From: Candidatus Staskawiczbacteria bacterium
GTDB taxonomy: Bacteria > Patescibacteriota > Minisyncoccia > Minisyncoccales > Staskawiczbacteraceae
Direction of reading: 5' to 3'
Length of the DNA: 64,000 nucleotides
Assembly: GCA_023245145.1 (NCBI GenBank)
Contig: JAHFKW010000001.1
Span: 9,823 to 73,822, forward strand
The position numbers and the translations under genes were made by a program. Below, piece by piece: positions 20,696 through 30,998 of this stretch; the first letter of the stretch is position 1; the number at the start of each line of letters is the position of its first letter. The notes under the pieces were generated by a model. The model had not been told where the DNA came from, made no database searches, and saw only the letters and a list, made by a program, of their open reading frames with translations.

Positions 20696-21145
20696 ATCAA
20701 CTTTTTGGTAAAAAACTTGATTAAATTCACCGATTCTGGTAATGATCTTCATTTTCAACAATTCATCTAAATCCCGTCGAACAGTACGCTTGGTAATATT
20801 AGGTAATTGTTTTATTAAATCAGAAACTTGGGCTTTTTCTTTGTTCTCCAATATCTTGAGTATCTTACTTTGTCTATCTGTATAAGACGTATTCATGGGT
20901 ATTTTCTTACCTTTTAACCCTGCATATTCTTTTTTAAGAATTAACACATTGATAGCACTGATCCATCCCTGCCCAGCCGCCACATCTAAATATTTTTCCA
21001 AAACTGCAATCCCCCCTAAATCACCTTCCAAAACCGCCAGAGCCTTTTCCTTGGTTTTGTTTTTAAGCGGATCCTGATCGGGCAACGCCTCCAATAATTT
21101 ATACAGAGCGCCCGTAATTTTGACTATATCGTTTTCCATATACAA
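20684..21145 (-). CDS. HTH-domain protein (DeoR-like winged helix at C-terminus)
   Basis: C-terminal ITKRTVRRDLDELLKMKII resembles the DeoR HTH. Confidence 0.4.
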   Translation of the reverse strand: MYMENDIVKITGALYKLLEALPDQDPLKNKTKEKALAVLEGDLGGIAVLEKYLDVAAGQGWISAINVLILKKEYAGLKGKKIPMNTSYTDRQSKILKILENKEKAQVSDLIKQLPNITKRTVRRDLDELLKMKIITRIGEFNQVFYQKVDRTS

Positions 21146-21201
21146 AAAAAGCCATTAAAATGGAATTAGTTATTCTACCACAGATTAGAAAATAAAAAAA
21201 G

Positions 21202-23004
21202 TTATAACTTTGTATTCCCGCCAGGAGCAGTACTGCTTTGCCAACCACCACCAACTCTTTGCATAGTTTGCTTGGTAATATTATCACCAGCCGGCCAACC
21301 GGTCACGGCATTGACTTGATCAATTACTTTTCCAGAAGCATCACTTAAAGAAAAATTTTCTCCCCCATTACCAAGAGCCCCAGTATAAATTTGATCAGCC
21401 GTAACATCGGGCACTGAAGTATCATCAGTTCTTTCCAGTAAATAAAATCCACCTGCTCCAATATTTCCAGACAGTGTAATATTGGGTGTTCCATCGGTTG
21501 CCACCAATTTCCAACCCGTCAAATCAACCGCTTCAATTCCCGAATTAAATAATTCTATCCATTCATTATTAGGAGAAATCAAGGTTCCCATCCAGGCAAT
21601 TTCATTAATAATCACTGAAGTAAAAACTGGAGGCGTAGTGGTAAGGACTGGTGGCGTAGGGGTAGGGACTGCAACAGGAGATTTAACGGGAGATTCAACG
21701 GGAAGCGCGACCGGTTCAACCACTAACAGCTCATGCAATAAGCGATTTTCATTGTCGTAAAGTAATACCGTATTAGTAAAAGCAATGGAAAATGTTTTTC
21801 CAGAATAACGTAAATCAGGCGCAATAGTGCCCGTATAATTTTCCGTGCCATCTTCATTGGCCTGTGGAGCAATTAAAAAATAACTGTGCGATGCAATGCT
21901 TCCTAAAAAAGCTCCTTTGCCTACCAAATTACTTTCCGTACCACTGGCAGTTTTCTTTTTTAGGGTAAATCCGGTCAAATCTACAACCTTATCCCCCGCA
22001 TTATAGAGCTTTACAAATTCATCTTTAACCGTTTGTCCTTCGGCCTGAACTTCACTAATGGTAATTTGGGCAAGCTCGGGTGAAGGCGCCGAGCCTCCTC
22101 CACCACCGTTGACTGTTTCCACCGATACTAATGGAGCCACATATATTCTGTTTTTTTCATGCGGTGTTAAAAAATCTAATACAAAATCTGTGGCATTATT
22201 ATCACTATCCATTTCATTCTCACTTCTGCCAATACTTTGACCAGGGATCGGATTTGGCGCTGGCAAACCATCTTTATCTTCAGCCAATCCCCATCCCAAT
22301 TTATCCGAAATTTCCCCCGCCGGATTTTTTAAAACTAGTGTGTTGTCATCGGTCAGGGGTTTGTCAACAAAAATGTCAACCATCCCGGCACCAAAACCTT
22401 GACGAGCAATCACAATATATCCATGAGCATAAATGATTTTTCCCAAAAATAGCGTACTAGCCGCAAAAGTTGAAAAACTAGCAGATGTTTTTGTCTTACG
22501 TTGTACATACCAACCGGATAAATCGACTGGTTGTTCGCCTGGGTTATACAGTTCCACAAATTCCTGTTGTTCATCATTAATGCCACCAATTTCAACTTCG
22601 GAAATTAACAATCTTGGATAAGTACTACTGTTTGAAACTTCAACAGGCAAAGGCTCGGGCGCTTTTTGCGGTGCCGGATTTTCCAAGGCTAGTTGAGTAG
22701 CCAATTCAGCTTGGAGTGCATCAATCTTGACAATCAAATCATTGGTTTGATCCACTTTTGATGGGACATTTTCAGGTACGGTAGTTACGACAACGAGATT
22801 ATTTTCGGGTTCTGATTCAGTTTTAAGTTCTGCTTTAAGTTTAGAAACTTCTTTAACAGCCAACTCATTTGTAGTGATCAAACCCGGCACCCATGCCCTA
22901 GGATACGATATGGCACCAAACAAAAATTCCTTTTTAAAAAAGAAGATAACCAAAAACGCAAAAAGTATCACAAAAAGAATAACTATTTTTCTCGTAGAAA
23001 ACAT
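21202..23004 (-). CDS. Lamin-tail-domain (LTD) repeat protein, membrane anchored
   Basis: N-terminal TM. Three LTD-like units (ISEVEIGG...EFVELYNPGEQPVDLSGW; ISEVQAEG...EFVKLYNAGDKVVDLTGF; IINEIAWMG...EWIELFNSGIEAVDLTGW). Confidence 0.55.
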   Translation of the reverse strand: MFSTRKIVILFVILFAFLVIFFFKKEFLFGAISYPRAWVPGLITTNELAVKEVSKLKAELKTESEPENNLVVVTTVPENVPSKVDQTNDLIVKIDALQAELATQLALENPAPQKAPEPLPVEVSNSSTYPRLLISEVEIGGINDEQQEFVELYNPGEQPVDLSGWYVQRKTKTSASFSTFAASTLFLGKIIYAHGYIVIARQGFGAGMVDIFVDKPLTDDNTLVLKNPAGEISDKLGWGLAEDKDGLPAPNPIPGQSIGRSENEMDSDNNATDFVLDFLTPHEKNRIYVAPLVSVETVNGGGGGSAPSPELAQITISEVQAEGQTVKDEFVKLYNAGDKVVDLTGFTLKKKTASGTESNLVGKGAFLGSIASHSYFLIAPQANEDGTENYTGTIAPDLRYSGKTFSIAFTNTVLLYDNENRLLHELLVVEPVALPVESPVKSPVAVPTPTPPVLTTTPPVFTSVIINEIAWMGTLISPNNEWIELFNSGIEAVDLTGWKLVATDGTPNITLSGNIGAGGFYLLERTDDTSVPDVTADQIYTGALGNGGENFSLSDASGKVIDQVNAVTGWPAGDNITKQTMQRVGGGWQSSTAPGGNTKL

Positions 23005-23023
23005 ACTAGTAATAGTGAACCTA

Positions 23024-25684
23024 TCACTTCTTTGAACTCACTTTTTCTTGAATTGTCATCCTGGGCAATAACCTGGGTATCTCAAAAGTGATACTGCCAT
23101 CTTGAACCTGAATCAATACACGCGAACCCTCTATGATTTCACCTGTTACAATCTTAATGGAAAGCGGGTCTAAGATTAACCTTTGAATTATGCGCTTAAG
23201 TGGCCTTGCTCCCAAATTTGCATCAAATCCTTCTTTGATTAAAAATTCTTTGGCTTTTTCAGAAATATTAATACTAATAAACTTGGTAGCCAGTCGCTTG
23301 GCCACTTTTGACATTTCCAAATCCACAATTGTTTTAATTTGATCGATTTTCAAATAATTGAATATAACAATTTCATCGATTCTATTCAAAAACTCTGGTC
23401 GAAATTGGTTTTTAAGCGACTCTTCCGCCTTGTCTTTCATGGATTCCCTTTGAGAATTATCTGGACTGTTGCCAAATCCAATGGCGGACATTTTGTTGAT
23501 AAAATCGCTGCCCACATTGCTGGTCATAACAATAATAGTGTTTTTAAAACTGACCAACCGGCCTTTTGAATCGGTCAATCTGCCATCTTCAAAAATCTGC
23601 AACAAAATATTAAACACTTCGGGGTGAGCTTTTTCAATTTCATCCAGCAAAATTACCGAATATGGTCTTCGTCTGACCTTTTCAGTTAACTGTCCAGCTT
23701 CTTCATAGCCCACATAGCCGGGCGGACTGCCAATAATTTTTGATACGGTATGGCGTTCCATATACTCAGACATGTCCAGCCGAATCATGGCTTTTTCATC
23801 ATCAAATAAAAACTCAGCCAAGGCTCTTGCCGTCTCTGTTTTACCCACTCCCGTCGGCCCCAAAAACAAGAAGCTTCCCAAAGGCTTGTTTTCTTCAGAA
23901 ATGCCAGCACGAGCTCTAAGTATTGCGCGGGATATGGCACTGATGGCCTCTTCTTGGCCAATAACCCGCCTATTAAGCGTTTTTTCCATCAACTCAAGCT
24001 TTTTTGCCTCTTCGGTAATTAAACGCATGACCGGGATTCCAGTCCATCGGGAAACAACCCTAGCCACGTCCTCTTCAGTGACTTCTTCTTTCAAAAAGTG
24101 ATGGCTTTTTTGCAATTTTATCAATTTTTGTTCAATGGACTTTTGTTCTTTCAAAAGCATTGGAATCTTACCATATTTTATTTCAGCTACTTTTTCCAAA
24201 TCAGCTTCGCGCTGAGCAATTTCAGTCTGATTGTATAATCCGTCAATTTTCTGCCTGATAACTTTAATTTTATTAATCAATTCTTTTTCGGCAGACCATT
24301 TTGCCCGCAATTCTTTAGTTTTTTCTTTTATTTCGGCCAACTCTTTAGCAATGACCCTTAATCGTTTTTCAGAATCTTTTTCCTTTTTTAGAGCCTGTTT
24401 TTCAATCTCTAGTTTAGTAATTTCTTCATCGTATTTTTCTAATTCCTGCGGTTCGGATTCAATTTCCAACCTTAAAGCACTACCAGCTTCGTCCATTAAA
24501 TCTACGGCTTTATCGGGCAAAAAGCGGTCTGAAATATAGCGTGAACTCAATTCAACCGCGGCCTTAATAGCCGAGTCTTTGATTCTCACACCATGGTGCA
24601 CTTCGTATTTTTCTTTAATACCGCGTAAAATAGCCGTCGCATCTTCAAGTGTAGGCTCTTGCACATAAATCGGCTGAAATCTTCGTTCGAGAGCGAGATC
24701 TTTTTCAATATATTTTTGGTACTCTTTTAAAGTGGTGGCTCCAATGGCCCGAAGTTCTCCGCGAGCTAGAGCCGGCTTTAATAAATTAGATGCATCAATA
24801 GCTCCCTCGGCCGCTCCCGCACCAACCAGCGTATGTAATTCATCAATAAACAAAATATATTTATCCGGAGTTCGGCTGATTTCTTTTAACAAAGCTTTTA
24901 TTCTTGTTTCAAATTCTCCGCGGTATTTGGTGCCAGCAATAATTGAGCCCAAATCTAAAGAAATAACTTCTTTATTGCGTAAAAATTCCGGCACATTGCC
25001 ACGAGCCACTCGTTGGGCAAAACCCTCAACAATGGCGGTTTTTCCTACGCCGGCTTCCCCAATTAACACCGGATTATTTTTAGTCCTGCGGGAAATAATT
25101 TGCATTAATCTGCGAATTTCGTTATCTCTGCCAATAATCGGGTCAATTTTTCCGGCAGCGGCCATGTCGGTTAAGTTTCTGGTATATTTTTCAATAACTT
25201 GGTATTTGGATTCTGGTTCGGGGTCCGTTACACGTTGACCACCGCGAAGTTGCGCCAACATTTTCAGAACTTCTTGATAATCCAGTCTTTCCAACACCTC
25301 TTTGGCCAAGGATTTAACTTCTAAGAGCGCGAGGAATAAATGTTCAACGGAAATAAACTCATCCTGCATATTCATAGATTCTTGACGAGCCCGATCAAGT
25401 ACTTTGGCCATGTCTTGGGTTAAATAAAATTGGCCAAACGAGGTAGGTGCAGTCATGGCGGGAATTCTGGAAAGTTGCGCCTCCGCCTTCTTTTTTAATA
25501 CATCAACATCGGCGCCCAATTTTTGCATAATAGTCAAAACCACCGAACCCTCTTGGTTAAGCAATGAAAAAAGCAAATGCAGGGCATCAATTTGCTGTTG
25601 GCCTTTTTCTTGTGCCAAAGCTTGAGCCGACATAATGGCATCCTGTGCTTTGTTGGTAAAATTAGCTCCGCCCGGTTGCATCAT
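23024..25684 (-). CDS. clpB: ATP-dependent chaperone ClpB
   Basis: Clp N-domain, two AAA+ modules (GEAGVGKT; GPTGVGKT) and a long coiled-coil M-domain. 886 aa. Confidence 0.9.
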   Translation of the reverse strand: MMQPGGANFTNKAQDAIMSAQALAQEKGQQQIDALHLLFSLLNQEGSVVLTIMQKLGADVDVLKKKAEAQLSRIPAMTAPTSFGQFYLTQDMAKVLDRARQESMNMQDEFISVEHLFLALLEVKSLAKEVLERLDYQEVLKMLAQLRGGQRVTDPEPESKYQVIEKYTRNLTDMAAAGKIDPIIGRDNEIRRLMQIISRRTKNNPVLIGEAGVGKTAIVEGFAQRVARGNVPEFLRNKEVISLDLGSIIAGTKYRGEFETRIKALLKEISRTPDKYILFIDELHTLVGAGAAEGAIDASNLLKPALARGELRAIGATTLKEYQKYIEKDLALERRFQPIYVQEPTLEDATAILRGIKEKYEVHHGVRIKDSAIKAAVELSSRYISDRFLPDKAVDLMDEAGSALRLEIESEPQELEKYDEEITKLEIEKQALKKEKDSEKRLRVIAKELAEIKEKTKELRAKWSAEKELINKIKVIRQKIDGLYNQTEIAQREADLEKVAEIKYGKIPMLLKEQKSIEQKLIKLQKSHHFLKEEVTEEDVARVVSRWTGIPVMRLITEEAKKLELMEKTLNRRVIGQEEAISAISRAILRARAGISEENKPLGSFLFLGPTGVGKTETARALAEFLFDDEKAMIRLDMSEYMERHTVSKIIGSPPGYVGYEEAGQLTEKVRRRPYSVILLDEIEKAHPEVFNILLQIFEDGRLTDSKGRLVSFKNTIIVMTSNVGSDFINKMSAIGFGNSPDNSQRESMKDKAEESLKNQFRPEFLNRIDEIVIFNYLKIDQIKTIVDLEMSKVAKRLATKFISINISEKAKEFLIKEGFDANLGARPLKRIIQRLILDPLSIKIVTGEIIEGSRVLIQVQDGSITFEIPRLLPRMTIQEKVSSKK

Positions 25685-25712
25685 ATTTTTATTATATCAC
25701 TTATTTGATTTT

Positions 25713-25750
25713 ATTATAGCAAAAAACTAGCAGAGTGCAATAGCGAGTGC
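25713..25750 (-). promoter_or_regulatory. Candidate clpB promoter with overlapping direct repeats
   Basis: Minus strand: -35 TTGCAC (25735-40), 16-nt spacer, -10 TATAAT (25713-18). Direct repeats TAGCAGAGTGC (25728-38) and TAGCGAGTGC (25741-50) overlap the -35. No CIRCE inverted repeat. Confidence 0.3.
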
Positions 25751-25826
25751 TAAGTATTGACATTATAGCTATAATATTATAGCATTTTAACAACGGTAAA
25801 TAACTCTTACGCTAAAGAGGTGAAAA

Positions 25827-26234
25827 ATGCAGACTGGAGATATTTGTTTTTTGGTGTCGTTAACCATTACAATCGTCTTTGCCACGGCTATGGGGCTCTG
25901 CTGGAGAGAAGGTGGAGTTATGCCAATCTTCATGTTCATTATTACCCTCCTCTTTTTTGGGCTAACGACATCGGTTTGGTACCTGGAACTACATGGAGAA
26001 GAAGGGTATCACCCTGATGCTAGACTTAAAAAAGGCATATCTTATGAGGTGTTATTCTCTTTCCGGGACAAAAATGGCAAGCTAAAAGGGCTCGTCAGAA
26101 ACCTTAAAGATGGAAGTGACCACCTTGTACTGTTCGCAAAAGAGAGGCCCAAGCGATTTATAGTTATCGGTGTTTCTGGACAAATAGGGTGGCGAAAAAT
26201 TGAAGTCAGGGAACTGACAGAAAAAGAAAAGTGA
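25827..26234 (+). CDS. Small membrane protein, hypothetical
   Basis: Strong SD AAAGAGGTG 5 nt before ATG. Two TM helices. Followed by tandem hairpins and a T-run. Confidence 0.5.
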   Translation: MQTGDICFLVSLTITIVFATAMGLCWREGGVMPIFMFIITLLFFGLTTSVWYLELHGEEGYHPDARLKKGISYEVLFSFRDKNGKLKGLVRNLKDGSDHLVLFAKERPKRFIVIGVSGQIGWRKIEVRELTEKEK

Positions 26235-26242
26235 CTACGAAA

Positions 26243-26292
26243 GAAGCTGAGAAAATCAGCTTCAAGCGAGCATCCCAGTGCTCGCTTTTTTT
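26243..26292 (+). terminator. Tandem hairpins and T-run terminating the 25827 gene
   Basis: GAAGCTGA-gaaaa-TCAGCTTC, then AGCGAGCA-tccca-TGCTCGCT, then TTTTTTT. Confidence 0.6.
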
Positions 26293-26294
26293 GC

Positions 26295-26323
26295 AAAAAA
26301 AATCCCGCCTCTCTGGAGGCGGG
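26295..26323 (-). terminator. Rho-independent terminator (minus strand) downstream of htrA/small ORF
   Basis: Reverse strand GAGGCGGG...CCCGCCTC hairpin followed by TTTTTTTT. Confidence 0.55.
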
Positions 26324-26330
26324 CCTACAA

Positions 26331-26540
26331 TTATTCAGACATAATATTTGCTCTGGCTTCAGCAATCCTAAGGAGTGTCATATCAAGCACTGACTGCAAA
26401 GTCAGTTCAGCATCGGTCAGAGCGGTCAACTGTTCAGAAAGAGGAAGATCTGACCTCCCACTCATGATTTGCATCAATTTTGACGCTTGACGATAAGACA
26501 TTGCACCGCTTAGGAATCTACTCAACAATGAGTCGTCCAC
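26331..26540 (-). CDS. Small hypothetical protein (69 aa, GTG start)
   Basis: ORF with an AAAGGGG SD-like sequence 5 nt before GTG. It sits between htrA and a terminator. No recognisable domain. Confidence 0.25.
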   Translation of the reverse strand: MDDSLLSRFLSGAMSYRQASKLMQIMSGRSDLPLSEQLTALTDAELTLQSVLDMTLLRIAEARANIMSE

Positions 26541-26611
26541 AAAAACCCCTTTCTTTTGAGTATTGGATTAACTGAATTATATTCTATCTAAATCCCCCAA
26601 AAAGTCAATTT

Positions 26612-27916
26612 TTAACTCCTCTCTGTTAGCACCACTTCAATGTCCATTTCTTTTTCACCTCGTAATACCTTTAACCTAACCTTGTCATCCGGTCTGTATT
26701 TTTGAATTATTTTAGCCAAAGAATTAGCTGAAGTTACCCTCTCCCCATTTAATTCCAATACAATATCTTTTTCTCTGATATCCGCTTTTTGAGCCGGACT
26801 ATCTTTGGTGGTCGCCGATTCACCATTATCGCCTTTCATCACCAATGCACCATAATCCACCTTCAAATTATATTTTTCTTTGACTTTTTCATCTATGAGC
26901 ACGTATCTGACCCCCAAAAACGGATAGACAATTTTGTTAGTGGCAGCCACTTGGTTGATGTCGCGCTTGGCAATATTAATGGGAATTGTAAAACCAATTG
27001 ACTGACTGCCCTGCGCCATAGCCGTATTGACCCCAATCACTTCGCCTTTTAAATTTAAGAGTGGCCCGCCGGAGTTTCCCGGATTAATGGCGGCATCGGT
27101 TTGAATAATACCTTCCAAGGTTTCAGAAAAACTGCCAGCTTGATCGGAAGCGTTCACCGTTCTACCTAATCCCGACACCACACCCACTGAAACTGTGTTA
27201 GAAAACTGCCCTAATGCGTTGCCAATCGCAATCGCTCCCTGACCAATCTGAACCCCATTTGAATCGCCCAACAATATGGCGGGGAATTTTTCGGCCTGCC
27301 CTGAGTCTGTCGAATGGGTGATTTTTATAATCGCCAAATCTTGTACCGGGTCTAGCGCCAACACCTTAGCTTTATACTTTTTACCATCCGACGTAAAAAC
27401 CGTATAATCTGCTTTTTTGTCCGACACCACGTGTTTATTGGTTAAAACCAATCCATCTTCCGATACAATAAACCCCGACCCCGCACCCACTTCCTGATAT
27501 TTACTGCCCTTTTGCACCTGCTGTGGAACTAAAATGTCAAAGGGTGAATTTTCGCCAAACGGATTAATTAATTGCTGTTCGTAGACCGGCAAATATTTGG
27601 AAATAACAATGCTGACCACCGATGGACTAGCCGATTTAACAGCATTAATAACAGCTTGTTCATACGAAATTTGTGAAACATACTTTTCGGCCGGTTTTGG
27701 AGCCAGCGTGAATTGATACTCTACACTGTTTTTCACCCCCTCCATAAAAGTATGATAGCGACTCTTAATATCTTCCAGAGACAAACGACCCATGGCAAAC
27801 TGTGATGCTACAAAAATAATCAGTACCAGCAAAAAAACCTGCAAAACCTTATGACGCAAGATTTTTGAAAACTTTTTCTGGAATTCATCGCTATTAAAGT
27901 CGGGTAAGTTATACAT
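26612..27916 (-). CDS. htrA: HtrA/DegP-family serine protease with PDZ domain
   Basis: Catalytic-triad context (VLTNKHVV, D, GNSGGPL) plus a C-terminal PDZ. N-terminal TM. Confidence 0.85.
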   Translation of the reverse strand: MYNLPDFNSDEFQKKFSKILRHKVLQVFLLVLIIFVASQFAMGRLSLEDIKSRYHTFMEGVKNSVEYQFTLAPKPAEKYVSQISYEQAVINAVKSASPSVVSIVISKYLPVYEQQLINPFGENSPFDILVPQQVQKGSKYQEVGAGSGFIVSEDGLVLTNKHVVSDKKADYTVFTSDGKKYKAKVLALDPVQDLAIIKITHSTDSGQAEKFPAILLGDSNGVQIGQGAIAIGNALGQFSNTVSVGVVSGLGRTVNASDQAGSFSETLEGIIQTDAAINPGNSGGPLLNLKGEVIGVNTAMAQGSQSIGFTIPINIAKRDINQVAATNKIVYPFLGVRYVLIDEKVKEKYNLKVDYGALVMKGDNGESATTKDSPAQKADIREKDIVLELNGERVTSANSLAKIIQKYRPDDKVRLKVLRGEKEMDIEVVLTERS

Positions 27917-27930
27917 ACACTTATTTTATA

Positions 27931-28350
27931 TCATCTAAAATAAAATATCAAAAGAGTCATTCCAAAACCCAAGAAGGCTCCGCATATCACATCCACAAGG
28001 TAATGTTTTTTCAAAAATATTCTAGAATAACCTACTAGCCATACAAAAATAGTACCAGATACCATAAGCATAAAAGACGGATAAAGCAAAATGGCACATG
28101 TTGCTAGAACAGAAGCTCGGGCAGTGTGGATACTAGGAAAACTATTGGCATTAATTTTTTGGTAAAAATAATTACGAGGAAAAGGTACGGGTCTTTCTTT
28201 GTGGTAGAAAAACTTAATACCCCAACAGAATATTTCAACCACTAACATTATGATAAAAAAATACGGGTAAAAAATCAAAGCAATATAGCAAATTGGCGTA
28301 CCAAAAAAAGTTACGGCCATCCAAAACAACTTAGCTATTTTTATTTTCAT
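27931..28350 (-). CDS. PAP2-family lipid phosphatase
   Basis: PAP2 motifs KERPVPFP, PSIHT and KHYLVDV on a polytopic 139-aa membrane protein. Confidence 0.65.
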   Translation of the reverse strand: MKIKIAKLFWMAVTFFGTPICYIALIFYPYFFIIMLVVEIFCWGIKFFYHKERPVPFPRNYFYQKINANSFPSIHTARASVLATCAILLYPSFMLMVSGTIFVWLVGYSRIFLKKHYLVDVICGAFLGFGMTLLIFYFR

Positions 28351-29047
28351 TATAATGGTTAAACTTATACTTGAAGATATCGGATTTTACGGGTCCAATA
28401 AAAATCATGTGTAATTCACAGAGCAAATATTTGGCACCAGTTTTTACCCAACCATCTTGACGCCATCTCCTATCTGAGACTAAAATTTCTGTTGATCGTA
28501 TTATCCCCCCTTCCCCATCTTTTTTCATCGCCCGCCGGGCCAAATCATGGTCTTCGGCCAACTGAATGGTTTCATCATAGCCATTTAATTTCTCAAAAAG
28601 GTTTTTCTTGACTAAAATTCCCACTGCCGAATGAGGCAACACGGCCTCTAGGGCCACTATCATTTTATTATAAAAAGTATTCATCAAAAAATAAGACAGC
28701 TTTTTTTCCGGAAAAGGACGTAAACAAAAACTGGCGATATCTATATTTCTTGCATAAAATTCTTCTAAAGATTTTTTAAAAAAATCATCAGGTAGTATGG
28801 TGTCAGCATCAATAAAAAAGAGTAAATCGCCTTTGGCAACTTTAGCGCCATTATTTCTGCCCTTAGCCGGCAAACCACCCTTGGTAACCACACAACCATA
28901 TTGATTTGCAATGGCAACCGTTGTATCTTTGGAACCGGCATCTGCCACAATTATCTCGTAGTCAACCAAATCTTGCTTTTTAATAGATTCCAATAAAAAG
29001 GGTAAAAATTCTTCTTCGTTAAGCGTGGGAATAATAATACTTAGCAT
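28331..29047 (-). CDS. Glycosyltransferase family 2 (polyprenyl-phosphate sugar transferase-like)
   Basis: LSIIIPTLNEEEFL...IIVADAGSKDTT. Start taken at the internal Met. Confidence 0.75.
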   Translation of the reverse strand: MLSIIIPTLNEEEFLPFLLESIKKQDLVDYEIIVADAGSKDTTVAIANQYGCVVTKGGLPAKGRNNGAKVAKGDLLFFIDADTILPDDFFKKSLEEFYARNIDIASFCLRPFPEKKLSYFLMNTFYNKMIVALEAVLPHSAVGILVKKNLFEKLNGYDETIQLAEDHDLARRAMKKDGEGGIIRSTEILVSDRRWRQDGWVKTGAKYLLCELHMIFIGPVKSDIFKYKFNHYNENKNS

Positions 29048-29064
29048 AATAGTAAATTTAAGGT

Positions 29065-29985
29065 TTATTTTATCACCAAAATAGCTAATCCCAAAATAAT
29101 CGCCAACACAGAGCATGTTTTCTGGATAATTACTTTCTTAGAAATTTCCTCTTTTAATATACTTGGGGAAAAAAGGGTAAAAAATATGGTAATGACGAAT
29201 AAAAATATATATTGTATTCCCCTTAAGGAATTAGCAATCGCTAAATACGAGATGGGTACCAAGTAAATCGCCAAACTCTGTAAAATATTGGCGATACCGC
29301 CGGCAGTTTGTGTAAAAATAAAAAGTATAGCAGTTTTTTTGTTGACTGTCGCTTTTTTTGAAAAAACCTGAGAGCGCAACGCTGTATCAGTAAGAAATAT
29401 CAAAGAAAATAAAAAAGTGGATAGTCCGATCCAGAACAATCCCTGCAAAAATGTTTGGTGCAAAAATACAAATTTAGAAAAGAGATATCCCAAAGAAAAC
29501 AGAAAAGAAGCAGTGATATTTAAGACCAAGAATTCACCGGTTATTTTTGATGTTTTCTCAATGGAAATAATAATACTTCCAAAAAGCAACAACGTAAATG
29601 CCAATAAAATCCGCCCACTAATCACTTGACCACCCCAAACCAAACAACTTAATAGTAACACAAAAATTGGTTGCAGGGCTCCTATGGTGGGCATAACACG
29701 TGAAACTTCAAACTTTTGAAGAGCGCAAAACATTGCCCAAAGACCCAGCGTCGATACCAGTGAGGTGGCTATAATCCACACCATGGTCATTACGCTTGGC
29801 AAACTAAGCGTGGTGAACGGGAGCAAAAAAATAACTAATATATTCATTACCCCTATCCAAAATGTATAGAACTTAGGATTCAAAGCAGCCGAGGCTGATT
29901 TGGCAGACAAAATAAGCTTATCTCCAAAAAAAGAAAAACTAAAAAATAGATACGATAGGATAATAATGAAAAGCCAAGATAACAT
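29065..29985 (-). CDS. Polytopic membrane protein (DMT/EamA-like or GtrA-like flippase candidate)
   Basis: About 10 TM helices. Sits inside the GT2/PAP2 module. Confidence 0.35.
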   Translation of the reverse strand: MLSWLFIIILSYLFFSFSFFGDKLILSAKSASAALNPKFYTFWIGVMNILVIFLLPFTTLSLPSVMTMVWIIATSLVSTLGLWAMFCALQKFEVSRVMPTIGALQPIFVLLLSCLVWGGQVISGRILLAFTLLLFGSIIISIEKTSKITGEFLVLNITASFLFSLGYLFSKFVFLHQTFLQGLFWIGLSTFLFSLIFLTDTALRSQVFSKKATVNKKTAILFIFTQTAGGIANILQSLAIYLVPISYLAIANSLRGIQYIFLFVITIFFTLFSPSILKEEISKKVIIQKTCSVLAIILGLAILVIK

Positions 29986-29993
29986 AATTATAA

Positions 29994-30998
29994 TTACATA
30001 AATAACTTTTTAGCCTCATCCCAAATTTCCGGATTTTGTTTGCTTTCTTTTAACCAGTACATCCATTCCGCGCCCCAAAGGTAAAAAGTATCCAAGCCTG
30101 TAGCCCTGGCATATTGGATATTATTTTTAAACTTTAACAAATTCATAGTTTTTTCTTGTTCAAACAAAGGCACTTCGTGAAAAGATCCGTTTATCCAAGG
30201 CTCTGCCTGGAGCTCAACTCCAATTACCTTTTTTGAGAAAAAACTTTGCACTAATTTGGCTTTATACCAATACACAATAGGGGGAATGGGGAAATTAATA
30301 TAGAAACCAATTTTGTTATTAATATGAAACCATGCCCTTCTATAAGTAGTAAACCCCACAATATCACCCAACTTGGCTGCCTTAAGCCACATTGATTGTT
30401 CTCCCGAATCAGAAATAACCACCGGCCTTGTGTTATCAATAGATTTTATCAATGCCACCTCTTTTTTTAAAAAATCTGCATCGTACCAAGGACAAATACC
30501 AAAGTTAAAGAACGGTTCATTTTCAGCTTGCCAAGCAACAATAGCACCATTATTCTTATATCTTATAACCACTTCTTTCAAATAATGCAAGATACTGTCT
30601 TGTTGTTCTTTTTTTGAAAGCTTCTTGGCCCAGCTTGGCACATGGCACTCCGGCCACCTACCCGTTTTCATTCCTACGACATAAATAATATCAACATTAT
30701 GTTTTTTGGCCTGTTCTAACTGCCAGTCAATATCATTAAAGTAGTAATCGCCAGATGTCGTTCCTTCAACAAAATCCCATTGAGTGTGTAACTTAATATG
30801 TTGAGTGCCTAAATCTTCCAAGATAGCCAGATAGACTTTCTTCCATTCCAGTTTTAAGGCTTCAGTTTGCATTTGAGAAAAATTAACTCCCCAAGTAATA
30901 TTTTTTTGCTCTGATGGTTTAACTATAAACAGTGCGTATAAAAAAAGCATAAAAAATACAACTAACACTATCAATGTTGTTTTAAAAAATTTAGACAT
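29994..30998 (-). CDS. Membrane-anchored glycoside hydrolase (GH5/GH113-like, conserved NEP motif)
   Basis: N-terminal TM. Conserved W..ENEP acid/base region (VAWQAENEPFF). Confidence 0.4.
   Translation of the reverse strand: MSKFFKTTLIVLVVFFMLFLYALFIVKPSEQKNITWGVNFSQMQTEALKLEWKKVYLAILEDLGTQHIKLHTQWDFVEGTTSGDYYFNDIDWQLEQAKKHNVDIIYVVGMKTGRWPECHVPSWAKKLSKKEQQDSILHYLKEVVIRYKNNGAIVAWQAENEPFFNFGICPWYDADFLKKEVALIKSIDNTRPVVISDSGEQSMWLKAAKLGDIVGFTTYRRAWFHINNKIGFYINFPIPPIVYWYKAKLVQSFFSKKVIGVELQAEPWINGSFHEVPLFEQEKTMNLLKFKNNIQYARATGLDTFYLWGAEWMYWLKESKQNPEIWDEAKKLFM

Noticed and set aside
25685-25826. CIRCE (HrcA) operator upstream of clpB
   Set aside because: The sequence TTAGCACTCGCTATTGCACTCTGCTAG matches the left CIRCE half-site only. 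The right half is a direct repeat, not an inverted one. Also, the plus-strand TTGACA/TATAAT pair is only 7 nt apart.
26042-26365. 107-aa minus-strand ORF
   Set aside because: It is antisense to the SD-supported 25827..26234 gene and spans two terminator hairpins.
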